Part shown: in pieces, positions 33,566 to 46,800 of the stretch
Position numbering within the stretch: the first letter of the stretch is position 1
How the letters are laid out: the number at the start of each line of letters is the position of its first letter
Assembly (NCBI GenBank): GCA_030704615.1
Contig: CM060734.1
Span: forward strand, 22,382,001 to 22,446,000
From: Takakia lepidozioides
Taxonomy: Eukaryota > Plantae > Bryophyta
Length of the DNA: 64,000 bases
Direction: 5' to 3'
Notes under the pieces: generated by a model
Told to the model about the DNA's origin: nothing
The model's input: the letters and a program-made list of their open reading frames with translations, nothing else
Databases searched by the model: none
Program-made: the position numbers and the translations under genes

Positions 33566-36500
33566 ATTTCTCTCTTTCTACGTGGAATATCCGTGGCATT
33601 GGTTCTGATCACTCAGCCCCAAAAAGGGCCAGAATCAGACGACGGGCCTCCAACCTCATAAACAAATCCTCTCTAATCTTTCTCCAAGAGCATAAGCTCG
33701 ACCAAGCCAAAATTGCATCTCTGGGGACTTCTATGTGGCCTCCTGCCTCCGCATTCTGGAACCCCACGATCGTTGACACTAGAGGTGGCACAGCAATTTT
33801 TATTTCCCCCTCCTTGGGGCCCTCTGTTCTTTCTAATGACATATGGCTTCAGGGTAGGGTTTAGCTTGACGTTCTGCATATGGGTCCAGCGATTGGGAGT
33901 GTGGGGGTGTTAAATGTTTATGCTCCCAATAGTGAGGAGGAACGTATAGAGCTGTGGTCTCTTACTAGATTGAAAATGCTGCAGCTTAGTGACATCCAAC
34001 ATTGGATTGTGGGTGGGGATTTTAAAATGGTAGAGTTTGAAAATGATCGCTTCGGTTCTAACGTTCATGGCCTGTCTGTTGCTGAAAGAGACTCTTGGGA
34101 CTTTCTATGCATGGCGGTGGGTTTGCTGGACGCCACAACCCCCTGAGGAGAGCTGAAATTTACATGGTCTAATAACAGGGAGTCTCCAAATCTCTCCCTG
34201 GTTCGTCTAGATAGAATCTATTGCTCTGAGCACCTGTTAAATTGGACTGTCACATCCCCTTTGGCCCCAGTGCCTCCTAGTTTTGACCACTCCATTGTCA
34301 ATCTCTCTTTACACACCCCGGGGACAAGAGCAAAGGGTAGGGGTTTCCTTAAGCTCAACCCATCCCTCCTCAAAGACCCAGAGGTTGTTCTAGAGCTGCA
34401 AAGAGTTTGGTCCTCTGCTGACCTACCTTTCACCTCACCCACTCTCCTCTTTCTATCCAAGTTGCAGAAGTTGAGAGGCATCTGTCAGGATTTGTCTAGG
34501 AAAAGGCCAAAGACACCTCCAGAAAAGAGAGGGCACTCACAAAATGCCTTCATGTCTGTCAGTACCAACTTCAAGAAGGTAGAGATGACCTCAAACCATG
34601 ATCTCCTACAAAACAGCCAAGAAGAATCTCTCTTTGTTGTTACATTCCAGGGAGCAGTTCATTAGGGTCAAGGCAGGGGTAAATTGGTCGCTGAAGGGGG
34701 AAAAAATGTCTAAATATTTCTTTGCTAAAGCTGCTCAGCGTCATGCTTCTACTTTGATCCCCTCTTTGCGTGATGATGCTGGCATTCCAAGTGTTGTCCC
34801 GAAGAAGATGGCCACCATTGCAGCCGGCTTCTTCAGACAACTCTTTGAAAAAAGGGAGCACACTCCAGAGATATATGAAGCAAGAAATGCTCTCTTGAGA
34901 AATAAACCCTGTGCCCTATCTGCTGCAGATAAATCCAAGTTAGCAAAACCCTTTACAGTCTGAGCTGGGTAAAGGCAGTAGATGCCCTGGCATCTCTTAA
35001 AAGCCCAGGTCCAGATGGTCTGCCCATTGAGCTTTTCAAATCTTTGTGGGAAAATCTTGGAGATGACTTTCTGGGTATGGCCAACGACATCCTCCAGAAG
35101 CAGGTGATGCCCTCTCAGATCTCCGAAGGCCTTATCACTCTCATCTACAAAAAGGGGGAGAGGGACAACGTAACCAACTACCGACCTATCACCCTACTCA
35201 ACTCTACATACAAGATTGTAGCCAAGGCCCTTGCTTTGAGAATCCAGCCCTTGCTGCCTCAGATCATCAGAAAAGAGCAGACCGGTTTTCTTAAAGATCG
35301 TATGATCTTGGATAATATCCTGCTGGCCCATGAAGCGCTTCACCGGGCAAATCTGAACAATCAGCCTCTTGCTTTCTTGATGTTGGATTTTGAAAAAGCT
35401 TTTGATTCTATTGACTGGACCTTCCTCCTCGCTGCTTTGGAAAAAACAGGTTTAGGTGGTCATTTCTTGTCTTGGGTAAGGATCCTCTTCATTCTGCCTC
35501 TAGTAAGGTAATGGTGAATGGAGTCATCTCCCAATCCTTCCCTATCTAAAGGTCGGTGAGACAAGGGTGCCCCTTGGCACCTTTCCTCTTTCTCATTGCG
35601 GCAGATTCTCTTGGGCACTTGTTTGAAGCCAAGCAGGACATTGTGGGCCTTCATTTACCTACCTTCCGGCCGGAAATGGTCAAGTTTGTCAATGTATTCT
35701 GATGATACCTCCTTACTGCTGGACAATTCATCCCGGGACAACATTGATCATGCACTTCAAGCCCCGCACATTTTCTGTTGGCTCTGGCTTGAAAATCAAT
35801 TGGGGAAAGTCGGTGGGACTTCTCTCGGTGTTGCAGAGTCAAGCTTCCTCTGCTCACTGTGCTGCTTGGGGGGAAGACATTTGCCTCCGATGGCTGCAGG
35901 AAGGGGAATCCCACACGCTGTTGGGCCATCAGGTTGGAATTAATGTGTCCCAACAGAGCAGAATGCAGAACGTACATTCCAGATTGAAAAGATCTCTTGC
36001 CCACTGGAGCTCCTCCATGCTCTCAATTGCTGAACAAGCACTGGTGGCAAACCAGGTTCTACTGGTCTCTTGTTGGTTCTCTGCAGCAGTGTGGGATCCA
36101 TGAACCTCCATGGTGAAAGAGATAAAAGCTCTTATTCGGAATTTTATCTGGGGCGCAACAGTGCAAACTCCGGTAAGACGGGCTCTGCTTTCTTGGGAGC
36201 AACTATGCCAGCCCAAAAAGAAGGGGGGGGGGCTTGCAATTTTGGATCCAGTGGCACAGATCAAGGCTCTTTTAGCCAAGTGGATCCCTAGGGCCATTAC
36301 GCACCATCACAGCCCATGGAGTAAATTGATCCAGCCTTACTTGATGGGTGCCAAACCCTCTTCATCCCACTTGTGGGCAGATTCACTTTGCTGGATTGTT
36401 CAAGGGAAAAATGTGAACGTGCACTTGGGATCCCGCCCATGGCAATCCATATGGGCTGCTTGGCAGTCTCTCAGGGACAAGCTTACTCAAAGACCACCAG

Positions 36501-38050
36501 CAAATTTTGCGGAGGCCTGGCAACAACCTCTGTTTTGATACAATGTTTTCAACTCGCAAACACTGTCCCTGCAAAGACCAAAGTGGGCCTTCTAGGAGCA
36601 CAAAGGTCTTACTCATCTTGGCAATACTTGGGAGCAGGGCAGTTACCTTTCACCAGCCGCAGTGACACAGAGTGTAGGGGCCAGACGAGCAATTGCATGG
36701 TCTTCTCTTCTTGCAGACCTGCTGAGAAATGGAGGTGACTGGGAGGCCTTGCCAACCTGGATAGCTGCAACAACCAACGGAGGTGGTACTGTCATGCTGG
36801 TCCTTTCTATGAATGATCAGATAGCCTCTGGAATTCAGTTCATTTCAGACTGTGAGGGCAACCTGCAGCTGACAGGCTATGCGGATTTGCACAAGCAATC
36901 TCTGTACCTTATAAGGGTGCTTGATGACAAAGGAAATGCCAACCCAGCCCCATCGCAGGGGGGGGAATTGCAATGGGCCTTGCACTCCAGTTTCACTTGG
37001 TTTCTACGCTACCCATTGGCTGCTTTACAGTTCGACCCCGGGGAATGGAGCTGGAAGGATGAGCACCACTCCCCTTTCTTTGCTTATTTGGTAGAGACCA
37101 CAAATACGTTTAGTAAGTTGGACAAAGTGCTTGTCAATCAATCTAATGTCTAGAAGGGAGAAAGGTGCTGCATGAAAAGAATATTGAACTTGTGGTTTGA
37201 GTATTGATTGGATAAGAGAGAGTTTGGGGCGAATGGCCACGGGGGATTTGAGGAGTGCTAAGCTTATGTCGGATAATTTAGAGATCATAGTGGTTTTTTG
37301 TAGGTGCCATGTGAGCGATGGGACAAGTTGTATACCTAGGTAGGTATAGGGTTCGTCGAGTTCCTAGCCAACAACAACCAACTCCCCAACGTGCTCAAGG
37401 CAACAAGGGGGCTCAGGCAAAGCCCAGGGAAGGACAGAGAGGATCTCAGATGTAGAGGTCTCCCCATAACAACCTTCTTCTCAAGGTGGTCCGAAAAGTG
37501 GGGGCATTTGAATCTGTCATCAGCCAATTGGGACTCGGTGTGGAAAGATATATGGAAAAAACAAAGGGCTGCCAAAATCTCAGGCTTCTTGTGGAAACTG
37601 GCTCATAGAATCTTGCCTGTCAATGCCAAGACCTTATTCAACAATGCTACTTGCGGTTTGTGCATGTCACACCCTGAGTCCATCGAGCACTGCCTGGCAG
37701 ACTGCCCCTTCCCTGCTAGAGTTTGGAGAGCTGTGTTACACTTTTACTCATGTTGGGAGTCTTTTCCATCCCCAGCCCCCTCCTCTCTTGTGCTCTTGAA
37801 TTTCTGGTCTGCTCACGTGCCATCTGTTTGCCCTGTGTGGGCAAGTCTAAGAGCTTTAACCTTATGGAACCTCTGGAAGGTTAGATGTGCTCTTGTTTTC
37901 GAAGGGAGACCCCCCAGGGGCAGGTCTGTGCTTTTTTGCAATTATCAAGACCTGCTTACTGAGGGAAGGAAAGCTTGGGATATGTTGTGTGCAGCTGTTT
38001 CCAGATCTTCAGAACAACGTGGCAGACAGCTCATCATTAGCTTTCAATAG
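33562..38050 (+). pseudogene. LINE ORF2 (endonuclease-RT-Zn finger), frameshifted
   Basis: STWNIRG, FLQEHK, NVYAPN, GGDF, RLDRIY, NYRPITLLN, LDFEKAFD, RQGCPLAP, YSDD and CGLC..ESIEHCLADC. Confidence 0.9.
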
Positions 38051-39793
38051 TCCTGGGGTAAAAATGACATTCTCGGAACTAGTCTTCCCAACATGCGGTA
38101 TTGCTAGAAAGTCTCCACTCCCAATTCATGGGATATCCCCTGGTGATGGGGACGATGTGGACTTCAACTGGAGGCACAAGAAGCCTCGAGTTGCCAAGCC
38201 TAGGACTCGGTTGCATTTTTAGCACGTAGCTCAAAGAATCTTTTCTCAAACTTTTCCCCTGCTCCAGACTTGGGTACTACTTTTGCCACCAGGCAGCTGT
38301 ACTCAGTGTTATCTTTCTCCTTGGCTGCTTATCAGCCTTGCTCTTTAGGCTCACTTGCTTAATCTCTCCTCATGCACTACTCCGCTTCATTTGTTCTTAG
38401 CTAGTATGCTTGGTCACGGGGAAGTTCCCCCTCAGTGAGCCTCTACGGCCTCCCTGGTGGTTATTTTTTCCACCTTAATGTGAACCTTTGTTTCTTTTAA
38501 TTTGATTAAAAGACCCCTTCTCCCCCTTAATTAAAAATAAATAAATAAATAAATAATAAAAATGAAGGGAAAGGTCTCCGGTTCAAATCTGGTCGTAGGC
38601 TCTCTGGAAAAAAAAAATTGGTGAGATAGGGGATTGCACTTGGACTCATATGACATTGGACACTTGGGCCAACGGCACAGGCTACCGTAGTTATTATTAC
38701 TGGCAAGGGCACTGCAGTCGACGAAGATGGCAGGACGAACAGAAGATGAATGGACGAGGACAGAGCAGCGGGGCGCCATCTTATTTTCAAACTGGGTCCC
38801 ACCGAGCTGCACCCTTAGGGGGCCGCGCTGGTGGGCCCTTCACCTATCACCGTGTGACGTGTCACTGCTCCTGCGCACGTTGCCCGCCTGCTGTGTCTCC
38901 ACCAAATTGGCTCCTGGAACTGTGTGGGGATTCAAACTTTAAATTCGGATTGGCGGAGGAGGAGGAGGATTGATTTGGAGCCATCGATGGTGCTGTCGCA
39001 TGGATAATCTGTTTGTCGTTAAGGGGGAACAGTTGACAGGGTGCAAACTTTCCAGGTGTGTCTGTGTTTTTGAGAAACCGAATATTTTGGTCAACAAAGT
39101 TGTCCTTGTACCGAGTGTACTAGTCATGTTGGCGTGCAGTTGTGTGAATAATCAGGAGAGTGCAGGCATCTTACGGTATTCTTCATTGCGAGACAACAGG
39201 GTAAGGGAGGGTTGAGCTGTGTCACGGAGGGAGAGAGAGAGAGAGAGAGAGAGGGGTCAGTTCCGGAGGAAGTGAGAAGGATCCGGAGTGAAGTAAATTC
39301 CTGTGCATTGTTCACACGCTGTGTAAGAAGCAAGTTGAGCAACTGCGTCTTAGCTGATGGCTTGATTACCAGAGAAAAAGGGTCGCAGGGAGGATTGAAA
39401 AGAAAAGGAGACGAACAGAAGTGAGCTAAGAGGGCACTGAGAACGCTTAGAGGGTATTTGAGGTGTAGTCTCTGTTCGCAATTCAGAGTGTGACGAAGGG
39501 AAGGCGGTGGTTCGAGCAGAGAAGCAGCAGATTGGCGTGCCCAACTTCGCTAAATGCCTTCTTCGGTCATAGCGAATGGACATAGTGTTGATGTATGCTC
39601 GCAATGGAGACGTCTGATACGCTCGACAAAATAGCCGAGAAACTAGAATTAGATCAAACTCGAAAGAGCAATAGTTTGGTATTTCATCATCCCCTCTCCG
39701 CAATCGATTTTTTTGGTTACTGAGGATTTTCCCAATCAAGCAGCGCAAGAGTCGGAAAGATTGTGCAGGTTTAGGAGATACAAAAGTTCATTC

Positions 39794-40815
39794 ATGGCGG
39801 AATACAATAAAAAGGCCTCGACCAGTCTTGCGGAGTCAATAACGAGTTTGAACGTTGTATCGTTACCTGCCAAGAAGGGTGGCGGGAACATGGTGAACAA
39901 GCTGAAGATAAAAGCAGTGGATATGGTTGTGCCAATGCAAGAGCACGCATTCCGGTGTGCGAGAGATGCCCTAGAAACTTCGGAGAAGCCGAATTGCAGG
40001 CGTGTTGCATCAAGTTTGAAAACGGTAAGCACGGCTTGTTCCAGCAGGTTCTCATGATGTTCATGTATTATGGATGGATTAGGTGATAGTGGTGGGGTAA
40101 ACCCGTTCTTGTTGTTCTGATTGCTTATATGGTACAATGCAACGGCCAGCACGGTCGATTACTTTTGTATGACTCGACAGACCGTGACCGTGATGGAGTA
40201 CTGATACGTCTGCTCATCCTTGTCAGGAAGAGATTGATTTTAGGTTAACACAGTAGTTCCACTAATTTGCAGTGCATGAGTAAGGATTGAGGTGGCAGCG
40301 CATCCTACTCATACTTACTATTAATGAGATATTTAATGACTCAAATGGCTCCCACTCATTTTCAGCGCAATTTGAAAGAGAACAGAATTATTATCCCTAT
40401 TGCTAGTTTGAAAACTGTAATGGTTTTGTTGTTGGGAGTGTTGCAGCTTCCTTTCATCTCCTTTTCCCTTGCAATGACTCTCCTAGGAACTTGAGGGTTA
40501 TTCTAGGGGTTGGCTGTGATGTGGCAAAACTTCCTCTGTGAATCAGCAGTATCAAGGCTCCTGCTCATCCTTGCCACATTTGGAAGATTAGTGCTTTCCA
40601 TACCAACCCAAGCATCCTACAATGAAGTATCAGGTTTTCATTGATGTGATTCATTGCAGGAATTTGACAAGGCATATGGACCTGCATGGCACTGTGTTGT
40701 CGGCTCCAGTTTTGGGTCATTTGTGACACATTCTTTGGGAGGCTTCATTTATTTTTCAATAGGCAAGATCTCCATTCTTTTGTTCAAAACCACAGTAGAG
40801 CCTGTCAAGCAATGA
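39794..40815 (+). CDS. Dynein light chain LC8-type protein; exons 39794-40024 and 40660-40815
   Basis: [23 protein letters not shown]|[34 protein letters not shown], joined by a phase-0 GT-AG intron. The true start could be further upstream. Confidence 0.9.
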
Positions 40816-42109
40816 CAAGTGACAGGTGGTGGGGTGTTGAATTTGAGCATTTGCCTTTTCAAGGGAGTACTTATTTATCCTGCCATATTTTTACAATTTT
40901 CAGGAGTATTTTTTCTAATTTACAACTAGTGGTCTTCCCTGTAACAGGAGTGTAACATGCCATTTCTTATGTCCAAAGCATGTTAGGTAGACAGAATTTT
41001 CGAGCACTTTTTTTTATAGAAAAGGCCCTTCGTCTTGTGCTATTGTTTGATCAGGATGTGCTCAAGTCAGGTCTCGGTTCCTCCTAGGGTAGGAGGGTCA
41101 TAGGGTGAGTTTGGGTCTCACTTCAACCAGTTGTGTATAGATTGCTGCTATGCAAAGGAGTTTGACTGCTCAAGAAGTAGAAATGCGGAGACTGCGTAGA
41201 TCACTATGTTCACTGGCTTCACCAGAGTCACTTGGGAGGCTTATAATTCTACTACAGGTTCTATTGTAACAGTGTATGCCCCCATTGAAGATCCAGTGGA
41301 TTGATCCAGAAGGCGAGTAGGTGGGACAATGTATAGGAGAGATGCAGCAACAAGTGATTTCTCTATGTCAGAAGATAGCATCTTGTTGCAGGTTATGGTG
41401 ATGGAATATTGTGCAAAGTCTTAACTATGGGCCTGGGTCAGACATAGCAGGAAGAAACTTGGGGGATAAGAAGGTTCATGTGATCATGCTTAAGTTGTGA
41501 CGGTACACACAGACATGAACACACATGTGAATATCACTCATGTTGCTTGATTGAGGTGTACAATGGGAGACCGTCCTGGCCGGTCCTCTTTTTTTCCTCC
41601 AAATACAAGAAGGCAAAGGATTTTTGTTAGATGACATGGCAACATACATGGAAGTGATGTGTTTTAAGAACATATATGGATGGTCAGACAACCACTTTGA
41701 GCATGTTGTAGAAGCACCTTTTGGCCTTATCTTATGTGGACATGAATGAAGAATGACAAATTGTCACCTAAACAAAATTAAATCTGGAACTGTGCAGCTA
41801 CATGATATGGTAGCAAGCAAAACATCACAACTGCTGGGAAGTACATTTCCCCCCAACAAGGACCTATCAGACAACTTGACCCCTCCCTATCTGCTTCAAT
41901 TACAACTACCCACAATTCATCGACAGAAATGTAAACAGCTTTAGTTTAAGTATCAGCGCATGGCCCTGGTGTGGACCTTCGTAACGGTGTTGTCAGCTCT
42001 TGGTCGAGATACAAACAGTGATGCAAGTACTGAAGCTCCACCAACCACCTGCAGTATCCACAGAGAAGAAAAATGTACTTACGAGACTGTTTGCTTTAAA
42101 TTTGAGACC

Positions 42110-42430
42110 ATAGACTCGAGTGAAGAGAAAGAAGAAAGAAGAAAGATAGAAACTTTATAACGTCAAGGAAGCTCAAAGAGCTTATGGAACAAAAGAAAGC
42201 AGGATAACAGAAAGAAACGTGGTCCCCTTAACAAGCAACCGAAAAACAAACATTCATCAAGAGATTCTCGAAGATTGATTGCCTCATGCAGATATACTGC
42301 CAAGCATTTCTGATCCTAATAGCAAAAGACCTCAGCAAGGGATTTGCTGCATTAGTATTGACCCCAGATCACATAGTAGAGAGGACAGTGAACAAAGAAA
42401 ATGTTCTTCAGTCTCGATCTCCTGTCACTA
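42110..42430 (-). mobile_element. 3' fragment of a non-LTR retrotransposon (RTE-X-like)
   Basis: Minus strand reads EIETEEHFL/HCPLYYVIWG...DQKCLAVYL across a frameshift, like a LINE C-terminal Zn-finger region. Confidence 0.4.
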
Positions 42431-42448
42431 GCTTATGTTATTAGTTTG

Positions 42449-43096
42449 GAATTCAAAGACTTCCCTCCCAGTAACTGAAAGTGGCGGTTTGTTTTGTCCA
42501 CAGGTATTTTTGGTTTCATTAGAGTACCAAATCCAGCGGAAACTCTCACCCAAGAGCCCCTGAAAGCAGTTGAACACCTTTGGTGCCAGTCTCACCTTAT
42601 TTACCACCCCTGCTCCAGATGACGCTGAGAATCCTCTCCACTTGGAGCTCAAGTAATTAGCCAAAGCAAAGGATTTCTTTATAAGAAACTGGTGAGATGC
42701 AATCCCACCAGAATTGAGGCTGTCAGCATATGAGAATGAACTTTAAATTACATTAAATTACAAGGCATCAAAGGGAAGTGTTGTAGCCTGTCAATTGCAT
42801 TCATTCCATTACCCAGAAAACTTCATCCACAATCCTGAGACAGAACGGTGTAACATCTGTGTAACCAGGCAGGATTGTGGCACCATCCTCAAGAAAGTTG
42901 GAGACGTTGCCCAGGATAGATGAGTTTGTGATCAGAATTCCAAGACTTCCCTCCCCGTAACTGAAAGTGGGGTTTGTTTTGTCCACAGGTATTTTTGGTT
43001 TCACTAGAGTACCAAATCCAGCGGAAACTCTCACCCAAGAGCCCCTGAAAGCAGTTGAACACCTTTGGTGCCAGTCTCACCTTATTTACCACCCCT
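42449..43096. repeat. Direct duplication of about 160 bp (42449-42611 and 42936-43096)
   Basis: GAATTC..AAGACTTCCCTCCC...CTCACCTTATTTACCACCCCT is present twice with few mismatches. Confidence 0.9.
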
Positions 43097-43802
43097 CCAA
43101 CGCCTGAAAGAATTTGATGCTCTTTAAGCTGATGATGACCACTTCCTGGTTGATTGTCGGTATATCCTCCTGCAGTGTGCAAAACATTTTCTTTCGCTGT
43201 CTGAGGCCACAAAACTGACCCCTTGGAGGAGTTGATTCCTCTTGGATCATCAGCTTGTCCTGCCAATACCATTGTCCAGGGACTAGTTAAAAATAATTCA
43301 CCACTCACGAACTTCTTTCAGATGCTCTCAGAGCTCACTCCTGGTGCCTATATGTTTTCATTCGAACCTGGACCAGTGCAACTGTCGAGGACAGATGACG
43401 TGGAATTGCATCTGTTTAAGATAAATGGAAGAAACCAACATGCCCTCAGCACAATGAGTATAATCTTGCATGCTAATGAGAAAGTACTGCTGAATAGCTA
43501 GGGTACAAATGTAGCCATGAACAATTTGAGACAAACAAAGGAGTAGAGACATCATAAGCATCAAATTTTTCTGGTAGTATCTGGGCAGGAGCACTGAAGT
43601 GAAGGCCTTTGATGCAGTCTTCACGCCTAAACTCTAAATCTCTGTATCTGGTGGATGTACCCAAGTACCACACTTTTCCACTAGTCTATCATATATGTCA
43701 CTTAGCTGCTGATGTACCCTGGGTGGCTCATTTGCTATCCAATAGACTACAAATGAGGCATGATTAAAGTCCAGGAGCTTTGATTTCATCCAAGCAAAAA
43801 AA

Positions 43803-46800
43803 TCAAGTGTAAGAGGGTACCTCTTCAGAGGACGGAGCTGGAGGTGCGGGTCTGAAGTCAACACTAGTCTTTCGTGCCCATCTAGCTTCAGGGCCAGGCC
43901 CCATATCTGGCCGTTGGACTTTTCCAGAAGTGCAGAGTATCTCATCTGCAATGGCAACTAACGCCTGTCTGACTTTGGTTGTAAATCCTTCCTGAGAATC
44001 TGCTGGCACCCTGGCATCTTTAGTGAGATGTAATTGGAGTGATTGCTGGAGCTCTGAGCCTGACTGAGGTGGCATGTCACTTTGGCCAGATACATGCCTT
44101 CCATCTTCCGAAAGCTTTTTAGGCTGAGATTTAATCCCAGCCATGGCAGGTGAAGTTTCGGCATTTGGAACTCTGCAATTAGGGGATGTCATTGGTGCAA
44201 GTCCTCCCTCTGCTGGGGCACTTTCCAACTTGGATGCTTTTGTGGCTACAGCCAGCATCCTCGTGGCAGTCTGTGTTTGCTTCTTAGGTTCTGTGAGCAC
44301 CATTGAGTCTTTGGGTTTTGCTGGAAATTGAAGAGTACACTTTTCTTCTTCTATGTTCCATCTTTGTTTGTTCACAAGCTGTCTCTCTCCAGCTAGTGTT
44401 GATGCCTGCTCACCAACAGAAACAAGGATTAGACATTACTACATGAAAGTACCCCTTGCACACACATATTAATAATGATAGGATGCATATCTGTGGTACA
44501 TAGAGGGAGAGAGAGAAGACTATGGCCGAAGCCGGCGTAACTAAGTGCCACTTCGCCTGACGGCTACTGCCCCCTCTTGGGGGTGGGCCCTATAAATCTT
44601 AGGGGGACATTCCTGCACAGAGGTCTGAAAAATCTGCACCTGATTACATAAGGTCAAGCTACAGCCAGAAGGAATCTGGAAGCTGCGATGATGTTCTGAT
44701 CCATCTCCAGGAATATCCATGGAATTGCTGTCAAAATCTCCACATACACAAATTTAATGATGACATCTTCACATACTGATCCAAAAGCAGTAGACACAGT
44801 GCCAAACCTTCCTCATAGTGGCTCCCTGGGCTTCTTCCTTTCCCAACGGTAAATGTTCCTCAGTTGTCTGCCTTGCACCAGGGACCTGCCCAGCTTGTTC
44901 TGTTGTTGCTCCCCTCTGTTCCTTCCTCATTTCCTCCTCTGCAGCAACAGCAACTGCATCAGGGTCATAAGAAACATCTGTATCATAATCAATTCTGATT
45001 TGGTTAGGATGTAATTCTTTTCTTCAAGATACAAGTATCCCATCGTTTTTAAAATTTATATGTACGTCTACCATATCGATCAACCTACTGTCTTTTGTAT
45101 GGAAAGCCTGACCTGGTGTCTGGCATGGACCCTCCTCCCCTCCCTTTGGTACTTGAAACTGGCGCTCCAGTCTCCGAATCTGCTCTTCTAGGACCTTCTG
45201 GCTGACCCCCCTGTCAACTTGCTTCTTCTCTGTCGTATGCTCTTCCATCCTTGATCTTGATTTCTCAGTGACAACCAAAACGGCTGGCACTTCCCAAGAG
45301 AGCTATGGTTCTAACTTGTAAAGAGTCAGTCTTCACATGCATACCTGGTGGAAGGTGGACTCCAAAGCCTGAATGCAAGCTTTGACATTGCCCCGGGTCA
45401 CCCTTCCAACATATCGGCCTTGCATGGATGGTGGGAGGGTTGGGGTCGATGATTCTTGCTGTGCTGTTGCTTGAGAGTGGGCAGGTGGCAGCACCAAACT
45501 AGACGGAAGGTTCCTATTGGACACATTACTTTGGGTCTCAGTTGACGTTGACGACAGCTTGCTTCTCCTTAGTGATGTTTCAGGACAAAGGCCAATCTGA
45601 CTGGAAACTCTCATAGCCGGAGTTTTAGGAGCATCTGGAGGGAAAACTGCACTTGTCAGGGTAGAAGCTGAGGTCTTGCTTGGATCAGTGGGCAACGACT
45701 CCACTATTTCGGTGAGATTCTTAGGGGATTTCATGCCCACCTCCCTCTCCATAGGGCGGGGCGTAATTGGGGCCAAAGTGTCAACCTCCCTCTCTTCAAT
45801 ATGGCTCGCAAGAGCATGCTGTTCCACTGGAGGGATTCAAACACCTTCTTTTACTACCACCTTTTTCACTGGGGCAGATGCAGCAGAAGTTATTGGTACA
45901 TTGGCGTTTGTTCAATACCTTGAGCATATGTAATACCCACTGCTTTTGCATAGTTAAAATTGGGTGTAGGTTCCGAGGACTTTGCAGTGCCCACAAACTC
46001 CACTGATGCTCTTTCGTTTTCTTTTTCCTCTCTCACTGAGTCAAATGTCTCGGTTAGAATCACGCTTGGGACCACAGAGGGCACCATACGATTGTCATGA
46101 GTAGGCTGAAATGCTTGAAATGCTTGCTCCCTTCTTTTCAAGGCAGCTGCTGCCCTCTGCAACATGAACCAGATGGACAATCATCAGTAGGATAAGAGCT
46201 ACAGGTGCAGCTCCCGAAAATTTAGCTTCAGCTCAACACTCAGCTATCCACTATTCACCAATTTGTACTCAGTAGCAGTATTCCAACGTAGAAATTGTAC
46301 AAACCATAGGTACCCTTCAAAGCTTGGAAGAGATGATAGTAAAGACAGGAGGATGCTGGATGCATAAAGACAGACATGCAACTGATAAAGTTTTTACCAT
46401 CACTTCAATCTGTTTCCGCTCCTTGTCGGTGAGTACAAAGCTCAGTTTCAAGTGAATGTGTCCGCCTCCTTGAAAGGTCACAAACTCATCTTGGTAGCCT
46501 CTCTTGACAATTGATGGAACCTCAATATCTGTCGAAAATTCCAAATTGTGATCCCTTCAGCAATTTAGTCCCAAATATGGATTTGACTGGTTTTATGTAA
46601 GGCAAGAGCAAAGTTCTACCCTATTCGAAGATCTTACATATAGTATTGTAGAACTACCCGGTTGGTCAAATCTGGGCCATAATTGTTGCTGCCCGTTCAA
46701 CACGAGAACAGGAGCAGCTCTGTCGAAAAGATTACCAGTTTCGACAAGAGCTTCACCCTCCTTATTGCACACGGCCACCACCAGCTTCTCCCGCAGATTC

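Larger units (their letters stand above)
31250..38560 (+). mobile_element. L1-clade LINE, near full length, ORF2 disrupted
   Basis: ORF1 with CCHC knuckle; ORF2 with APE endonuclease, RT and C-terminal Zn finger; (TAAA)n tail at about 38530-38560. The 5' boundary is approximate and no TSD was found. Confidence 0.88.

Noticed and set aside
43223-43957. Short ORFs downstream of and overlapping the C2-like gene
   Set aside because: No recognisable domain; they adjoin dispersed repeat sequence and are probably TE decay or UTR.
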